Part shown: positions 35,511-45,201 of the stretch, piece after piece | Layout of the letters: every line of letters begins with the position of its first letter | Numbering within the stretch: the first letter of the stretch is position 1 | DNA from: a virus | DNA: 64,000 nt | Virus record (IMG/VR): IMGVR_UViG_3300020048_000058 | Strand: one strand, 5' to 3' | Program-made: the position numbers and the translations under genes | Notes under the pieces: model-generated | What the model was told of the DNA's origin: nothing | The model's input: only the letters and a program-made list of their open reading frames with translations | Database searches by the model: none

Positions 35511-35942
35511 ATGCGATTTAAACTACCGCAAACATTAAAAGCGATCATGGTTGGAACTGTGATTGGTGGCATTAGTTCAGTCCTGTTATCCCTAACATTA
35601 GAACCGGAAATATCGGAGGTTAGAATGGGTCAATACGGGGGTTTTATCGGATTAATAGCTAGTTCCACAACTACTGCACTCTTGGCTGTCACAACCCGCA
35701 ATAACACCCAATCAAAACCAGATTATACATCCAACAAATCAGACTCAAAACCAGACTTTAACCTTGTGTTGGGTGAACTAATCCAAAGGGCAACCGAGAA
35801 TCACCTGAATTGCCTACAGCCTGGGAGTCCTGAATACTTTGAAGCCCTTGAACTCTATGGAAAACTACTTTCAGGCGAAAACGGCACTCCAAACATCAAC
35901 ACCCAGAAAACCAAAACCTCACACCATGCACAGGGAGATTGA
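35511..35942 (+). CDS. membrane protein
   Basis: TM segments IMVGTVIGGISSVLLSL and GGFIGLIASSTTTALLAV. Confidence 0.55.
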   Translation: MRFKLPQTLKAIMVGTVIGGISSVLLSLTLEPEISEVRMGQYGGFIGLIASSTTTALLAVTTRNNTQSKPDYTSNKSDSKPDFNLVLGELIQRATENHLNCLQPGSPEYFEALELYGKLLSGENGTPNINTQKTKTSHHAQGD

Positions 35943-35947
35943 TATAG

Positions 35948-36754
35948 ATGTTAGACAGTTTACAGCCTAGTGATGACTTACCAGCTTTTAGTGGGGATTC
36001 AGACCCCCATCAAAGGGAACCTAGAAAGCCTAATAAAACACGAAAACGAGTAGCGGTTTTACTAACAGTTATTGCAGTTTGTAGCTTTATTACCTTAGTC
36101 GGGAATAAATCAGGAATTATCAAGAAGTTTGCTCCTAACGTTCCCGTAGCTGAAAGTACGGAAGTTCAGCAAATGACGGTAGAACCAACAGGGGAAACCT
36201 CGACCGAAGCTAATGATAATTCTGGAGAATTTCAACCCTCCCCTGACTTAGAAATGGCACGAAATGAGCTATTAGATAAGTCATTAAACGAGGTAGGTTT
36301 TCAAGTTAACAACTTGAGTGAAGCGGTAGCAGAAACATTCCTATTGCAAGCTCGTTCTGAGATTGAAAAAAAACCTGTTTCTATTGAGTTGTTCTTAATT
36401 CAAAAGATTAATTTCCTAGCAAATAAACTTGATAAGGCAACTCTTGATGGTGAGTTTAACGGCTCTCCAAAGGAACGTCAAAAGGCGGCTGATCTATTGT
36501 TTGAGGTTTGGGGAAATCTTTTGGCACTAAAACGCCACTGGGAAACTACAGCTGCCGATCAAGTTCAACTCAAATTTACAACCGTTAATGTTTCGATTCT
36601 CGCTTCTGATGTTCGCCGATTCTCTGAAGTTGCTATGTCACTCAGGGCATTAACCTACGAGCAGCAGAAGCGGACTGAGGCCCTTCAAAAGCAATTAGAA
36701 CTTGAGGCTAAACAATTGGCAGAAAAGGAGGCTAAAGATGCCAAAACCAAGTAA
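35948..36754 (+). CDS. membrane-anchored coiled-coil protein
   Basis: TM segment VAVLLTVIAVCSFITLV, with a C-terminal coiled coil QQKRTEALQKQLELEAKQLAEKEAKDAK. Confidence 0.55.
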   Translation: MLDSLQPSDDLPAFSGDSDPHQREPRKPNKTRKRVAVLLTVIAVCSFITLVGNKSGIIKKFAPNVPVAESTEVQQMTVEPTGETSTEANDNSGEFQPSPDLEMARNELLDKSLNEVGFQVNNLSEAVAETFLLQARSEIEKKPVSIELFLIQKINFLANKLDKATLDGEFNGSPKERQKAADLLFEVWGNLLALKRHWETTAADQVQLKFTTVNVSILASDVRRFSEVAMSLRALTYEQQKRTEALQKQLELEAKQLAEKEAKDAKTK

Positions 36755-38165
36755 TTTTACCAAGGAGAATTGGGGAGTAGCGATCGCCACGTCTCTAGCT
36801 GTCTCAAGTATTGGATTATTTGGAGCCGCGAGTATTCAAATCGAATCCTTGAAAGGGATATCCCCTTACCAAAACCAAAAAGGCGAATGGGGTCATACCC
36901 TGGTTATTGAGCGTAAACCCGTTAATAATTCAATCCTTCTATATTTAGCGGGCGTGGGATGCCTTGGTGCTTTAGCGGGGTTGATACTAGGGGATGAGTC
37001 TATGGTCAAACTTGAGGATCTACCCCGCACCGTCCCCGATACCTTGGCTAAATCAGTTAGTTGGACAGTTTGGGGAGTTGGTCAGGCTTTGGATAGTCTA
37101 GGGGACTTTGGAGAAAAAGGTTATGCCAAATCATCTCAACTGTTGATCCGAGCTATCCCACCGGAAATCAAGAGTAAATTCCAAAGTATTAAAAATGATT
37201 CGGGTTGGGTATCCGAATTTCTATCGTTGCCACATCAAAGGCTAACAGGCGGAACGGGGTCGGGTAAATCTAAACTCCTGGGATTGATAATCAGTCAATG
37301 GCTTGAGAATAACCCCGATGGTCAACTGTTTATTGCTGACCCGAATTATGGAAAGCCCGATAATGACGGCTATCTTAATAATTGGTTTGGGTTGGACACC
37401 GAATGGATCAAGCAACCCGATGACGAGATTGATAGCCTAATTGATCACGTTCACACCCAATTAGATAAACGGATTAAGGCTTGTGTTGACGGAGCCAGAA
37501 ACGGCTTTACCAAGTTATCAGAAATTCAAGTTGACCTGACTCCGATTTGCCTAATCTGCGAAGAATTTGACAGTATCGTGGAACGATACAAGTCAGACAA
37601 AACCAATTCCCGGCTCGATAAGCTAATTGAGATCATTAAGCAGGGTAGAGGCTACAAGATTAAGTTAATCCCCGTGGGTCAATCCGCGTCCGTCGGTGAG
37701 GGTGGTTTTACTTTGGCAACACTGGAAAATTTAGCTCAATTAATAATCTGCTACCCATCAATCCCTGAATCGCAGTTACGGTATTTAGCCGGGGAGAAAA
37801 CGGGGTTAATAGAGATAGCTGAAAGGTTGCTCAAGGAAGGGAAAAGACCCGCTATCTGCACAATCAAAGGGCAATCAAGAGTAGTTTCAATTCCTGACCT
37901 ATCAGGATTTAACGTTACCTTTGCCAGTGCCAAATCAACCGACCCGGATAGTGATTGGTGGGAGCAGGTTAATACTGCCCTGTTTAAATCTTCTCTTGAA
38001 CTTCGGGCTTTTAAATATTCCCACGGTTTGATTCCATCACCCCTAAAACAAATTTGTAGCGAGATAGGGATAGAACCGAGAAGCACTAACAAACGTTACA
38101 CGAATTACCTCAAACCCGCATGGGAGTCTCAATTATCTCAGTCCAAAGTCTTAATTAATAAATAG
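36738..38165 (+). CDS. membrane-anchored FtsK/SpoIIIE / coupling-protein-like P-loop ATPase
   Basis: N-terminal TM segments. Walker A is LTGGTGSGKSKLL and Walker B-like is ICLICEEFDS. The start is taken at ATG 36738. Confidence 0.6.
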   Translation: MPKPSNFTKENWGVAIATSLAVSSIGLFGAASIQIESLKGISPYQNQKGEWGHTLVIERKPVNNSILLYLAGVGCLGALAGLILGDESMVKLEDLPRTVPDTLAKSVSWTVWGVGQALDSLGDFGEKGYAKSSQLLIRAIPPEIKSKFQSIKNDSGWVSEFLSLPHQRLTGGTGSGKSKLLGLIISQWLENNPDGQLFIADPNYGKPDNDGYLNNWFGLDTEWIKQPDDEIDSLIDHVHTQLDKRIKACVDGARNGFTKLSEIQVDLTPICLICEEFDSIVERYKSDKTNSRLDKLIEIIKQGRGYKIKLIPVGQSASVGEGGFTLATLENLAQLIICYPSIPESQLRYLAGEKTGLIEIAERLLKEGKRPAICTIKGQSRVVSIPDLSGFNVTFASAKSTDPDSDWWEQVNTALFKSSLELRAFKYSHGLIPSPLKQICSEIGIEPRSTNKRYTNYLKPAWESQLSQSKVLINK

Positions 38166-38177
38166 GAGCCTTTACTT

Positions 38178-38414
38178 ATGAAACCCTCAAGAATTGTTTT
38201 CGTTTCCCTTTTAACTTTAGTTGTCTTTTTTGGAGTCAGAGGGATGACAGTTGAAACCGCTATCAAGACATTATTCGAGAAAAGTGTAGGGACTTTAACC
38301 TATTGGTTCGGCGGGTCTATAAATGCCACAAATAATCGTCAACTTCCCCCCGGTCAAGGTGACGATTCCGATTCAACTATTACCCCAATTGAATCACTGG
38401 AGGATGTTAAATAA
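38178..38414 (+). CDS. small membrane/secreted protein
   Basis: N-terminal hydrophobic segment IVFVSLLTLVVFFGV. Confidence 0.45.
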   Translation: MKPSRIVFVSLLTLVVFFGVRGMTVETAIKTLFEKSVGTLTYWFGGSINATNNRQLPPGQGDDSDSTITPIESLEDVK

Positions 38415-38758
38415 TGAGAGTTTTATTCTATTTTGGATCTGTTCTGGGTTGGGTATTTCTGATTTACTTTTGTTGGAATCAGTCAATCCCTTGGTGGTTT
38501 AAAAAGGGTGTAGCCGAAACAGTAAAAACCATCCCAGAAATAACTAGGCAGATACCCAAGGAGGACTGGGCAAAACCAACAGAGTCAAAGCCTGAAGACA
38601 AGAAACCCACCGAAGCTAAACCCGAAAAGAAAGAGACAGCTAAAAGTCTGTTCAGTGGTGAGTTTAAATTAGGTGGCTTGCGATCGCGCTATAACCTCGA
38701 CGTTCCCCAAAATGATAAATCAGAACAAATAGGCAAGCAAGATATGGGGGGAAAATAA
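38414..38758 (+). CDS. membrane protein with a Lys/Pro/Glu-rich tail
   Basis: TM segment FYFGSVLGWVFLIYFCW, then KPTESKPEDKKPTEAKPEKKE. Confidence 0.45.
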   Translation: MRVLFYFGSVLGWVFLIYFCWNQSIPWWFKKGVAETVKTIPEITRQIPKEDWAKPTESKPEDKKPTEAKPEKKETAKSLFSGEFKLGGLRSRYNLDVPQNDKSEQIGKQDMGGK

Positions 38759-38762
38759 GGCA

Positions 38763-39365
38763 ATGTTGAACCGGAAATTGGAGGAGAGGATAAGGGATTG
38801 TGAGGAACAGTTGGATGATGCTTTTTTCTGGATTTTCATTACTTGTCTGTTATTGGGCTTTGGGATTCTTAAATTCAACCAATCCTCTCCCCAGGTTTCT
38901 AGTCCCCAATCAACAGAATCTAGTCAAACCTCAACAGTCACGTTAGGTAAAGATGCCCCTAAGTTTATTTATCCCCACTCAGATCCTTACCCAATATCTT
39001 CTGGGTTTGGTATGCGCGAGCATCCTGTAACGGGAGGGCAAAAAATGCACAACGGGATTGATTTTGCAGCGCCGGGGGGTGCAAACATCCTGGCTGTTGC
39101 CGATGGTCAGGTGTCTTTTGCTGGTGACATGGGGGGATGTGGTAATGCAGTGGAAATTAATCACAGTGGCGGCTACCTGTCCAAATACTGCCACGCCTTA
39201 AAAGTTTTAGTCCAGAAAGGTCAATCAGTCAAAGCCGGTACTCCCATAGCTCTAGTTGGTACTACGGGAACATCAACCGGAAATCACCTGCACTTAGGAA
39301 TAAAACTCAATGGTCAGTATATTGACCCTAAAAAAGTAATCCCAATAATGGAGCCGAAAAAATGA
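38763..39365 (+). CDS. M23 family peptidoglycan endopeptidase (membrane anchored)
   Basis: HNGIDFAAPGG (HxxxD) and GNHLHLGI (HxH) motifs, with an N-terminal TM segment. Confidence 0.8.
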   Translation: MLNRKLEERIRDCEEQLDDAFFWIFITCLLLGFGILKFNQSSPQVSSPQSTESSQTSTVTLGKDAPKFIYPHSDPYPISSGFGMREHPVTGGQKMHNGIDFAAPGGANILAVADGQVSFAGDMGGCGNAVEINHSGGYLSKYCHALKVLVQKGQSVKAGTPIALVGTTGTSTGNHLHLGIKLNGQYIDPKKVIPIMEPKK

Positions 39366-39982
39366 TTTTCAATAACTTAATGATGATAGGAGTAGTCGGA
39401 TTTGCGGGTTTCAATTTGTTGCAATCCCCCGCCATTCAATCAGTAACGGGTGCTAATCCATCGGGTAATGTTTCCGGTGATATTTCCAAAGCACAAGCCC
39501 CTGAAGAGATTAAGAAAGCTGTTAGTCAAGCTGGTATAAATGACGAGGGTTTTGCATGGGCGATCGCGCATATTCTAAAAGTAGAAGGAGGTTGGTCGGA
39601 TCACCCTGCCGATGGCGGTGGGAAAACCAAGTATGGTATTATTGAAAGTGTAGCCAAACGGCACGGGTTAAGTGTTGCCAACGTCACGCTACCGCAGGCA
39701 ATAAAGATATATCACACCGACTACTGGATAGCTTCAGGTGCAGATAAAGCCCAGAAACCGCTTAATTTAGCTATAATGAATAGTTATGTTAATAGTGGTA
39801 AAAAGTGGAGTATTTCAGGGTCAACACCGCAGGAACAGGCGTTAAACTATCTCAAGTCTCAAGATAGTTATTACACCTCAATTTATACCAGTAGACCTTC
39901 TCAAACCGTGTTTAAGTCGGGTTGGCATCGTCGAACTAAATATATGATGGATGCCGTTAATGGCGGTAATCCGAGTTGGTAA
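39362..39982 (+). CDS. glycoside hydrolase family 108-type N-acetylmuramidase (endolysin-like)
   Basis: ILKVEGGWSDHPADGGGKTKYGI matches the GH108 catalytic-region signature (EGG...D.GG.T.YGI). Confidence 0.7.
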   Translation: MIFNNLMMIGVVGFAGFNLLQSPAIQSVTGANPSGNVSGDISKAQAPEEIKKAVSQAGINDEGFAWAIAHILKVEGGWSDHPADGGGKTKYGIIESVAKRHGLSVANVTLPQAIKIYHTDYWIASGADKAQKPLNLAIMNSYVNSGKKWSISGSTPQEQALNYLKSQDSYYTSIYTSRPSQTVFKSGWHRRTKYMMDAVNGGNPSW

Positions 39983-40000
39983 AAATCAAAAACAACACAA

Positions 40001-41479
40001 ATGAAAAGTATTGAACAACCTGGCTTCGTTTACATCCTACACGCCGAGGGTACTAATCGCTTTAAGATCGGATATTCGGCAGATCCGGAAAAAAGGTGTC
40101 AAAGTGTTAGTCAACAGTCACCATTTTCCATTGTATTAATTCACAGCTACCCATCAGACAATGCTTACAGGGATGAACAAAAATTACACAATATGTTCAG
40201 TAACAGAAGGGTACATGGAGAATGGTTTTGTTTTGATTCAATTGAACACATAAAAGTATTAATTGATGAGTTTTTTGAGATTAAGTCATTAAACAAATCA
40301 ACAAAACCAATCCCAATTTCATCGCGTCACCTTTATTCAGGAGACGAAGTAAACGATCAATCGCAACGACCTAAACCCAAGAAACGGGAAAAACCTGAAT
40401 ATCCCGATCTTTCAGATGAACAAATTAGAATTGTTAAATTTGTCGAAAAACAGGGGGGAGAATGCAAACTAAACGACATCCTCAAGGGGATGACAATTAC
40501 AGTTAATGGGGAGCGATGGACTAAAGAAAAATATACTCACGCAATCCATTCTATTAAAAACAAGGGATACTTAAATCTGAGGGTTGAGCGTGAAACAATC
40601 TGGATTAGTTTGCTGCGATTTGAACAAGTTGACAAATCCAGTCAACAAGAATCACCGGAAAACAACAGCAATCCTGATGATATTAACCGCCGTAAATTTG
40701 AAGCTATTACCAGCTATTGCCAGAGGAAAGGCGAAACAACTGTAAGAAAAATACAGCAAGGAAAGTTATTATCTGATGAATATAAGCTCGATTCAAACTT
40801 TATTAAATATGCTCTGAATATGCTCTCAGAACAGGGATTAATTACCCTTGACAAGTCATCAGAGGATTGGATTATAGAATCTTTTGCAGGTAATCCTTTG
40901 TCCGCGTCTTTCCCTGATTTTGATATCTGGAAACTAAGGCAGAAGCCAAAAAAGAGTGATAATCCCAAGGATAAATTTATGCAGATACTGACATTCTGTG
41001 AGGGAATAGGATCAACATCGGTGCGAGAGGTTCAGCGTTCATCTGTTGGATATAATTTATCATCGGATGTTATCAAATATGCTTTTGAATGGCTGGAAAA
41101 TAATGGCTATGGGACAGTTAAAACTGAACAAACCGGGGGGACTACCAGGGTATCGTTTACACCAGATTCTTGTGATAGTAAACTAGAGAATAAACCGGAA
41201 TTAAACCAGATTATTAACGGGGTTGAATTGTACCCAGAATGGTTGAGTATTTATGAATTAGCTAAACAAGACGGTTCAATTTTAGCCCGTGAAGTTTATC
41301 GCTCTGCATTAGGTCAAAGGCTTAAATTAAACAAAGCAACAACCCGTCAGATATTCGACAAATTAACAGAAGCCAAACTAGGAACTGTTACAGAAGTTAG
41401 TGGTAGCTGTATTTTTACCCCTGATTTATCCTATAAGCAAAGCAAAACACAAGCCCATGAATTATCCCGAAGTAGTTGA
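40001..41479 (+). CDS. T5orf172/GIY-YIG-like domain protein with about 4 winged-helix-like repeats
   Basis: GFVYILHAEGTNRFKIGYS...HGEWFCF at the N-terminus. Reiterated ...VR(K/E)(I/V)Q...(I/F)KYA...L...G segments follow. Confidence 0.55.
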   Translation: MKSIEQPGFVYILHAEGTNRFKIGYSADPEKRCQSVSQQSPFSIVLIHSYPSDNAYRDEQKLHNMFSNRRVHGEWFCFDSIEHIKVLIDEFFEIKSLNKSTKPIPISSRHLYSGDEVNDQSQRPKPKKREKPEYPDLSDEQIRIVKFVEKQGGECKLNDILKGMTITVNGERWTKEKYTHAIHSIKNKGYLNLRVERETIWISLLRFEQVDKSSQQESPENNSNPDDINRRKFEAITSYCQRKGETTVRKIQQGKLLSDEYKLDSNFIKYALNMLSEQGLITLDKSSEDWIIESFAGNPLSASFPDFDIWKLRQKPKKSDNPKDKFMQILTFCEGIGSTSVREVQRSSVGYNLSSDVIKYAFEWLENNGYGTVKTEQTGGTTRVSFTPDSCDSKLENKPELNQIINGVELYPEWLSIYELAKQDGSILAREVYRSALGQRLKLNKATTRQIFDKLTEAKLGTVTEVSGSCIFTPDLSYKQSKTQAHELSRSS

Positions 41480-41786
41480 ATCGGTTTACAGAAAAATATC
41501 AGCAAAACCAAAGACACAACACCTCCCCCATAACAAAGATTTTATTTTGATGACACTCTATCACCGGACGACAAACCCTAAAGCCAAATACCCCCGTGAA
41601 GGGGCTGTCAAAACCATTCTTGATCTTGGTTTAGAGTTTGCTCCTGTTGAGGATTGGAACATCAGCTTAGAGGATTACAACGCCGCCAAACTAAACCAAC
41701 AAAGTCGATGGTTAACATGGCGAGAAAACTTAGCTCCCGTTGGTTCAGAGTTCAAGAAAACCATAGACAACAATCAAGAATTTTAA
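41457..41786 (+). CDS. hypothetical protein, tandem paralogue of 41787..42059
   Basis: MNYPEVVESVYRK compares with SNYPEIAELVVTT. The start is taken at ATG 41457 of listed ORF 41400. Confidence 0.45.
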   Translation: MNYPEVVESVYRKISAKPKTQHLPHNKDFILMTLYHRTTNPKAKYPREGAVKTILDLGLEFAPVEDWNISLEDYNAAKLNQQSRWLTWRENLAPVGSEFKKTIDNNQEF

Positions 41787-42059
41787 ATGAAAAAGTCAAA
41801 AGTTAAATCAAATTATCCAGAGATTGCCGAGTTAGTTGTTACCACTGCCAAGAAACGCGGCGGGAATCAATTATTAACCGATGTCAATTGGGTAACTAAA
41901 ACCCTGTTCAAATATCAGAATGGTGTGACTCCTCTGACTGATACAGACTCGGATTGCGTCAGAATTGGAGAGGAGTTAAGACCCCGTTATGAGTGGCAAG
42001 TAACCCGTGATCATGTAGCTTTTGCTAATCAGAATAGTATTAAGAAGGGATGGAAATAA
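41787..42059 (+). CDS. hypothetical protein
   Basis: 90-aa ORF. Its ATG immediately follows the upstream stop. Confidence 0.5.
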   Translation: MKKSKVKSNYPEIAELVVTTAKKRGGNQLLTDVNWVTKTLFKYQNGVTPLTDTDSDCVRIGEELRPRYEWQVTRDHVAFANQNSIKKGWK

Positions 42060-42625
42060 TGATCAATACTTTCATCGGAATTGACCCAGGCAAAACCGGA
42101 GGAGTTGCCATCATCTCTCCATCGGGAATCAAACTCATTGATTGTCCAGTTATTGAGATTGAAACTAAGGTTAAAAGCAAAAAGCCAAACCTCACGCTAA
42201 TTGATCAGGTTGCGGACAAGGGAACAGTCAAGTCCAAAGCTAAACCCAAAACTAAAATCACAACGAAGTCAAACCCTGCATTAATGGCATCGGAGTTAGC
42301 ACAGTTAGTTACCTCAAACTCAATAATCGCCATAGAGAGCGTTCATTCAATGCCAGGACAGGGAGTTAGATCAACCTTTGATTTTGGGATGAATTTTGGC
42401 ATCTGGTTGGGAGTGATCGCAACGTTAAATATTCCTATGGAGTTGGTGACCCCTCAAGAATGGAAAAAGCATTATGGCTTGATAGGGAAAGAAAAGGACG
42501 CATCAAGGATTATTGCGGTGCAGTTATTCCCCCAGATGGCTATGGAATTAAAGCTCAAGAAATACAACGGGCGGGCGGAGGCACTTCTCCTTGCTGAATA
42601 TCTGCGGCGCAAAGCAGGAGGTTAG
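42050..42625 (+). CDS. ruvC: RuvC-like Holliday junction resolvase
   Basis: FIGIDPGKTGGVAII, AIESVHSMPGQGVRSTF and C-terminal GRAEALLLAEYLRR. Confidence 0.75.
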   Translation: MEIMINTFIGIDPGKTGGVAIISPSGIKLIDCPVIEIETKVKSKKPNLTLIDQVADKGTVKSKAKPKTKITTKSNPALMASELAQLVTSNSIIAIESVHSMPGQGVRSTFDFGMNFGIWLGVIATLNIPMELVTPQEWKKHYGLIGKEKDASRIIAVQLFPQMAMELKLKKYNGRAEALLLAEYLRRKAGG

Positions 42626-42635
42626 GATAAAGCAA

Positions 42636-42848
42636 ATGGGAGATATTAAAATCTTTAACAAAGATGGTTTTCTAAATTTCGTGGAAGGTAATCTAGCGTC
42701 TGCCGAGGATTATAAAAAAGCAGATCGGTGTCAAGGATCTGTTTTTGAAGCACTGAAACCAGGTTATTTAGTAGAACTCCAAGATGGAATATTTGTTTTA
42801 AATAAAGATATGGATATTCGGCGCGAGGTCAGTCGTGGCGATATTTAA
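42636..42848 (+). CDS. hypothetical protein (71 aa)
   Basis: ATG at 42636 with GGAGG upstream. The upstream part of the listed ORF overlaps ruvC. Confidence 0.45.
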   Translation: MGDIKIFNKDGFLNFVEGNLASAEDYKKADRCQGSVFEALKPGYLVELQDGIFVLNKDMDIRREVSRGDI

Positions 42849-42860
42849 TAGCTAAAGATA

Positions 42861-42891
42861 AACCCCCGCAAAGTTAATTTACGGGGTTTTT
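42861..42891 (+). terminator. intrinsic terminator CCCCG-N13-CGGGG followed by TTTTT, between convergent genes
   Basis: Read directly. Confidence 0.65.
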
Positions 42892-42893
42892 AT

Positions 42894-43445
42894 TTACCAT
42901 TTAGAAGTTTGACAAACGGTTCCCCAGTGTCGAAAAACTGATTCAACTTTTTGAGGTTGCAATCCGAAATAAAACAATGTCTGGGAGACTCGGTTTTGAT
43001 TCTGTTTCTTCCCTTCCTCAGCCCGTTTAGGGGAGTAGAACGTTAGGCGAGTATGCGGGAGTATGAAGCGATCGCACCGCCCTAACGCCTTCTCATACCA
43101 GGCTGTACTGTTGTCGGTATTGGTCAACAAAAAGGCTTCCGCTTCAGTCTCGTTCAGAGTTTGAATTAATTTGTCAACAACTTTCTCAACAAATCCCGCG
43201 CTGTAGGGAGGGTTTAACCAGAGTGTCTTAGCCCGTCTCCAGTTCTGTTTAAATCCATCATCTTGAATTGTGAATATCTTTTGAGCTTTAATAATTTGAT
43301 TGGCTTGTTCACAGCTAAAAGGGTCTAATTCAGGAAATCCATAAAACTCATGGACTAAATCAATCAAATCAGACGGGGTATAATTTTCGTTTGAATCAAG
43401 AATTACGGGTTGTGTTTCAAATAGTGAAAGTTGTTGTATAATCAT
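42894..43445 (-). CDS. phage-type DNA N6-adenine methyltransferase (Dam-like)
   Basis: WLNPPYS catalytic motif in a small (183 aa) protein with DPFSCEQAN upstream, typical of the phage Dam family. Confidence 0.7.
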   Translation of the reverse strand: MIIQQLSLFETQPVILDSNENYTPSDLIDLVHEFYGFPELDPFSCEQANQIIKAQKIFTIQDDGFKQNWRRAKTLWLNPPYSAGFVEKVVDKLIQTLNETEAEAFLLTNTDNSTAWYEKALGRCDRFILPHTRLTFYSPKRAEEGKKQNQNRVSQTLFYFGLQPQKVESVFRHWGTVCQTSKW

Positions 43446-43568
43446 TATGTTGTTGCTTTGTGTGTTTGCTTTTTAAAAGTATCTGAGATTCTCTACAAAC
43501 TCAGATACTTTTTCTTTATTATAAGGTATTTGTGTTAAAATAAATATTAACTTAAATGTTAGTAAATT

Positions 43569-43847
43569 ATGAAATCAGAAAACAAGAAAAAGAAATGTGG
43601 TTTTGCTGCTATGAGCCCAGAAAAACGTCGGGAGATTTCTAGCAAAGGTGGTAAAGCATCTCACGATAAAGGAACGCTTCACAACTTCACATCAGATGAG
43701 TGTAGCGATGGCGGGGTTTCCACATCACGAAACAAAGACTACATGACTGAGATAGGTCGTAAAGGTGGCAAGGCATCTCGTGATAAAGGAACACTGTATA
43801 AGTTTACTTCTGAAGATTGCAGAAAAGCGTGGAAAAGATCAACATGA
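43569..43847 (+). CDS. KGG-repeat general stress protein
   Basis: Two copies of (S/R)KGGKAS(H/R)DKGTL(H/Y)(N/K)FTS(D/E)(E/D)C. Confidence 0.65.
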   Translation: MKSENKKKKCGFAAMSPEKRREISSKGGKASHDKGTLHNFTSDECSDGGVSTSRNKDYMTEIGRKGGKASRDKGTLYKFTSEDCRKAWKRST

Positions 43848-43895
43848 ACAAATTTAGATAAGAATTGAGGAAATAAAAGTGACAACAGAAATAGC

Positions 43896-43978
43896 ACGGG
43901 CGGGCGGATGCTTTGTTATTGGCAGAATATTTAAGACGTAGAACTAAAAACCTTACAAAAAGCGAAGATAAAGAATAA
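43896..43978 (+). pseudogene. 3'-terminal fragment of a second, diverged RuvC-like gene
   Basis: Translates to GRADALLLAEYLRRRTK, compared with the intact gene end NGRAEALLLAEYLRRK (42570..42625). There is no upstream reading frame. Confidence 0.55.
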
Positions 43979-44033
43979 AATAACACCAGGAGAGAATGTT
44001 TTTCCTGATGTTATTCTTTATATTTTGTTGGTT

Positions 44034-44795
44034 CTATTTAGAAAGAATAATTATTTTCCCCCCGACGTTAGTTCCGCTTTCTTTGAATGCTCCCTGCTCA
44101 ATATCTAAGACTTCCGCATCATTCTCGTCTAGGAATTGAATAAACTGGATCTGTTTCCGTTGACTCCCGTTAAACCAGGACGTAGAACAAATCGAAACCA
44201 ACCGACCACCATCATTTAAGCAGTCCCACATCTTTAGGATATGGTCAATATCCTGATTTTTGGTAAATGGAGGATTGGCAATAATCCGGTCATACTTCCC
44301 CTCGCTATGATTCAGAAAATCGTCTCCTAGTAAATTGAATTTGAGCTTGGTTTTGTTTAGGATAATGCGATTAACCTCCATTAACTCATAGCAATCAACC
44401 GTCACATTACAAATGGCGTTTATCGCCCGAATGATGGCTCCTTGTCCGGCGCTCGGCTCTAATATTGAATGGCTATTATCAACCTCCACCAGTTTAACCA
44501 AGTAGTTAGCAAGTGGGGCAGGGGTTTCAAAAAACTGAAATTCTTTCTTGAGATTGAGATCGCCACCATTGGCAATCTCGCTTAATAATTCAGTTGGATC
44601 AGTTAAGAAAACAAATCCTTGAACTTTCCCTCCTTTCCACTTACCGCCGATCAAATTTAAGGATTTGGCAACTTCCAGGTAAAGTTTTCTTTCTAGCTGG
44701 TTTTCTGGGAGTTTGACGATATTCCCTGAGACGGTGCATTTGGACAAAATATCTTCTTTCGTGGTCATAATCCCTCCTGGGTTTTTATTAGACAT
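44034..44795 (-). CDS. N6-adenine DNA methyltransferase, gamma class
   Basis: Motif I ILEPSAGQGAI is followed by motif IV IIANPPF. Confidence 0.8.
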   Translation of the reverse strand: MSNKNPGGIMTTKEDILSKCTVSGNIVKLPENQLERKLYLEVAKSLNLIGGKWKGGKVQGFVFLTDPTELLSEIANGGDLNLKKEFQFFETPAPLANYLVKLVEVDNSHSILEPSAGQGAIIRAINAICNVTVDCYELMEVNRIILNKTKLKFNLLGDDFLNHSEGKYDRIIANPPFTKNQDIDHILKMWDCLNDGGRLVSICSTSWFNGSQRKQIQFIQFLDENDAEVLDIEQGAFKESGTNVGGKIIILSK

Positions 44796-44900
44796 TGATT
44801 TTTCTAACCGCCATCAAATGTAGAGATTTTTTGGCGGTTTTGCTATGTTTATTTTATCATTATTAGTGATAAAATAGTTTTTAAAATTGAGGAAATAAAA

Positions 44901-45068
44901 ATGACAACAGAAACAACACTAATGGAAATAGCTGCGCCGTCGATTGTAGGGTATTTACTCGACAATCAAGGGAAGACGATTAAGTGTAAAGTAACAATAA
45001 ACTCAAAGGGATATATAGTGTTTTATCCCGTGGACGAGGAGTGCGATCGCAATGCCAACAACGACTGA
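44901..45068 (+). CDS. small hypothetical protein (55 aa, not in the ORF track)
   Basis: GAGGAAATAAAA precedes the ATG. Its RBS and first codons are duplicated at 43863..43891. Confidence 0.3.
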   Translation: MTTETTLMEIAAPSIVGYLLDNQGKTIKCKVTINSKGYIVFYPVDEECDRNANND

Positions 45069-45201
45069 TTATGTTAATGTTTTCGTGTTATAATAATATT
45101 GGTGGAAAGATTCTCTCTTAAAGTTACCCGGCATCCGCTTGGTGGCTTTTTGTTTTATGGGTTTGGGTGTTAGAATATTATTGGAGAGATCAGAGGGAGA
45201 A

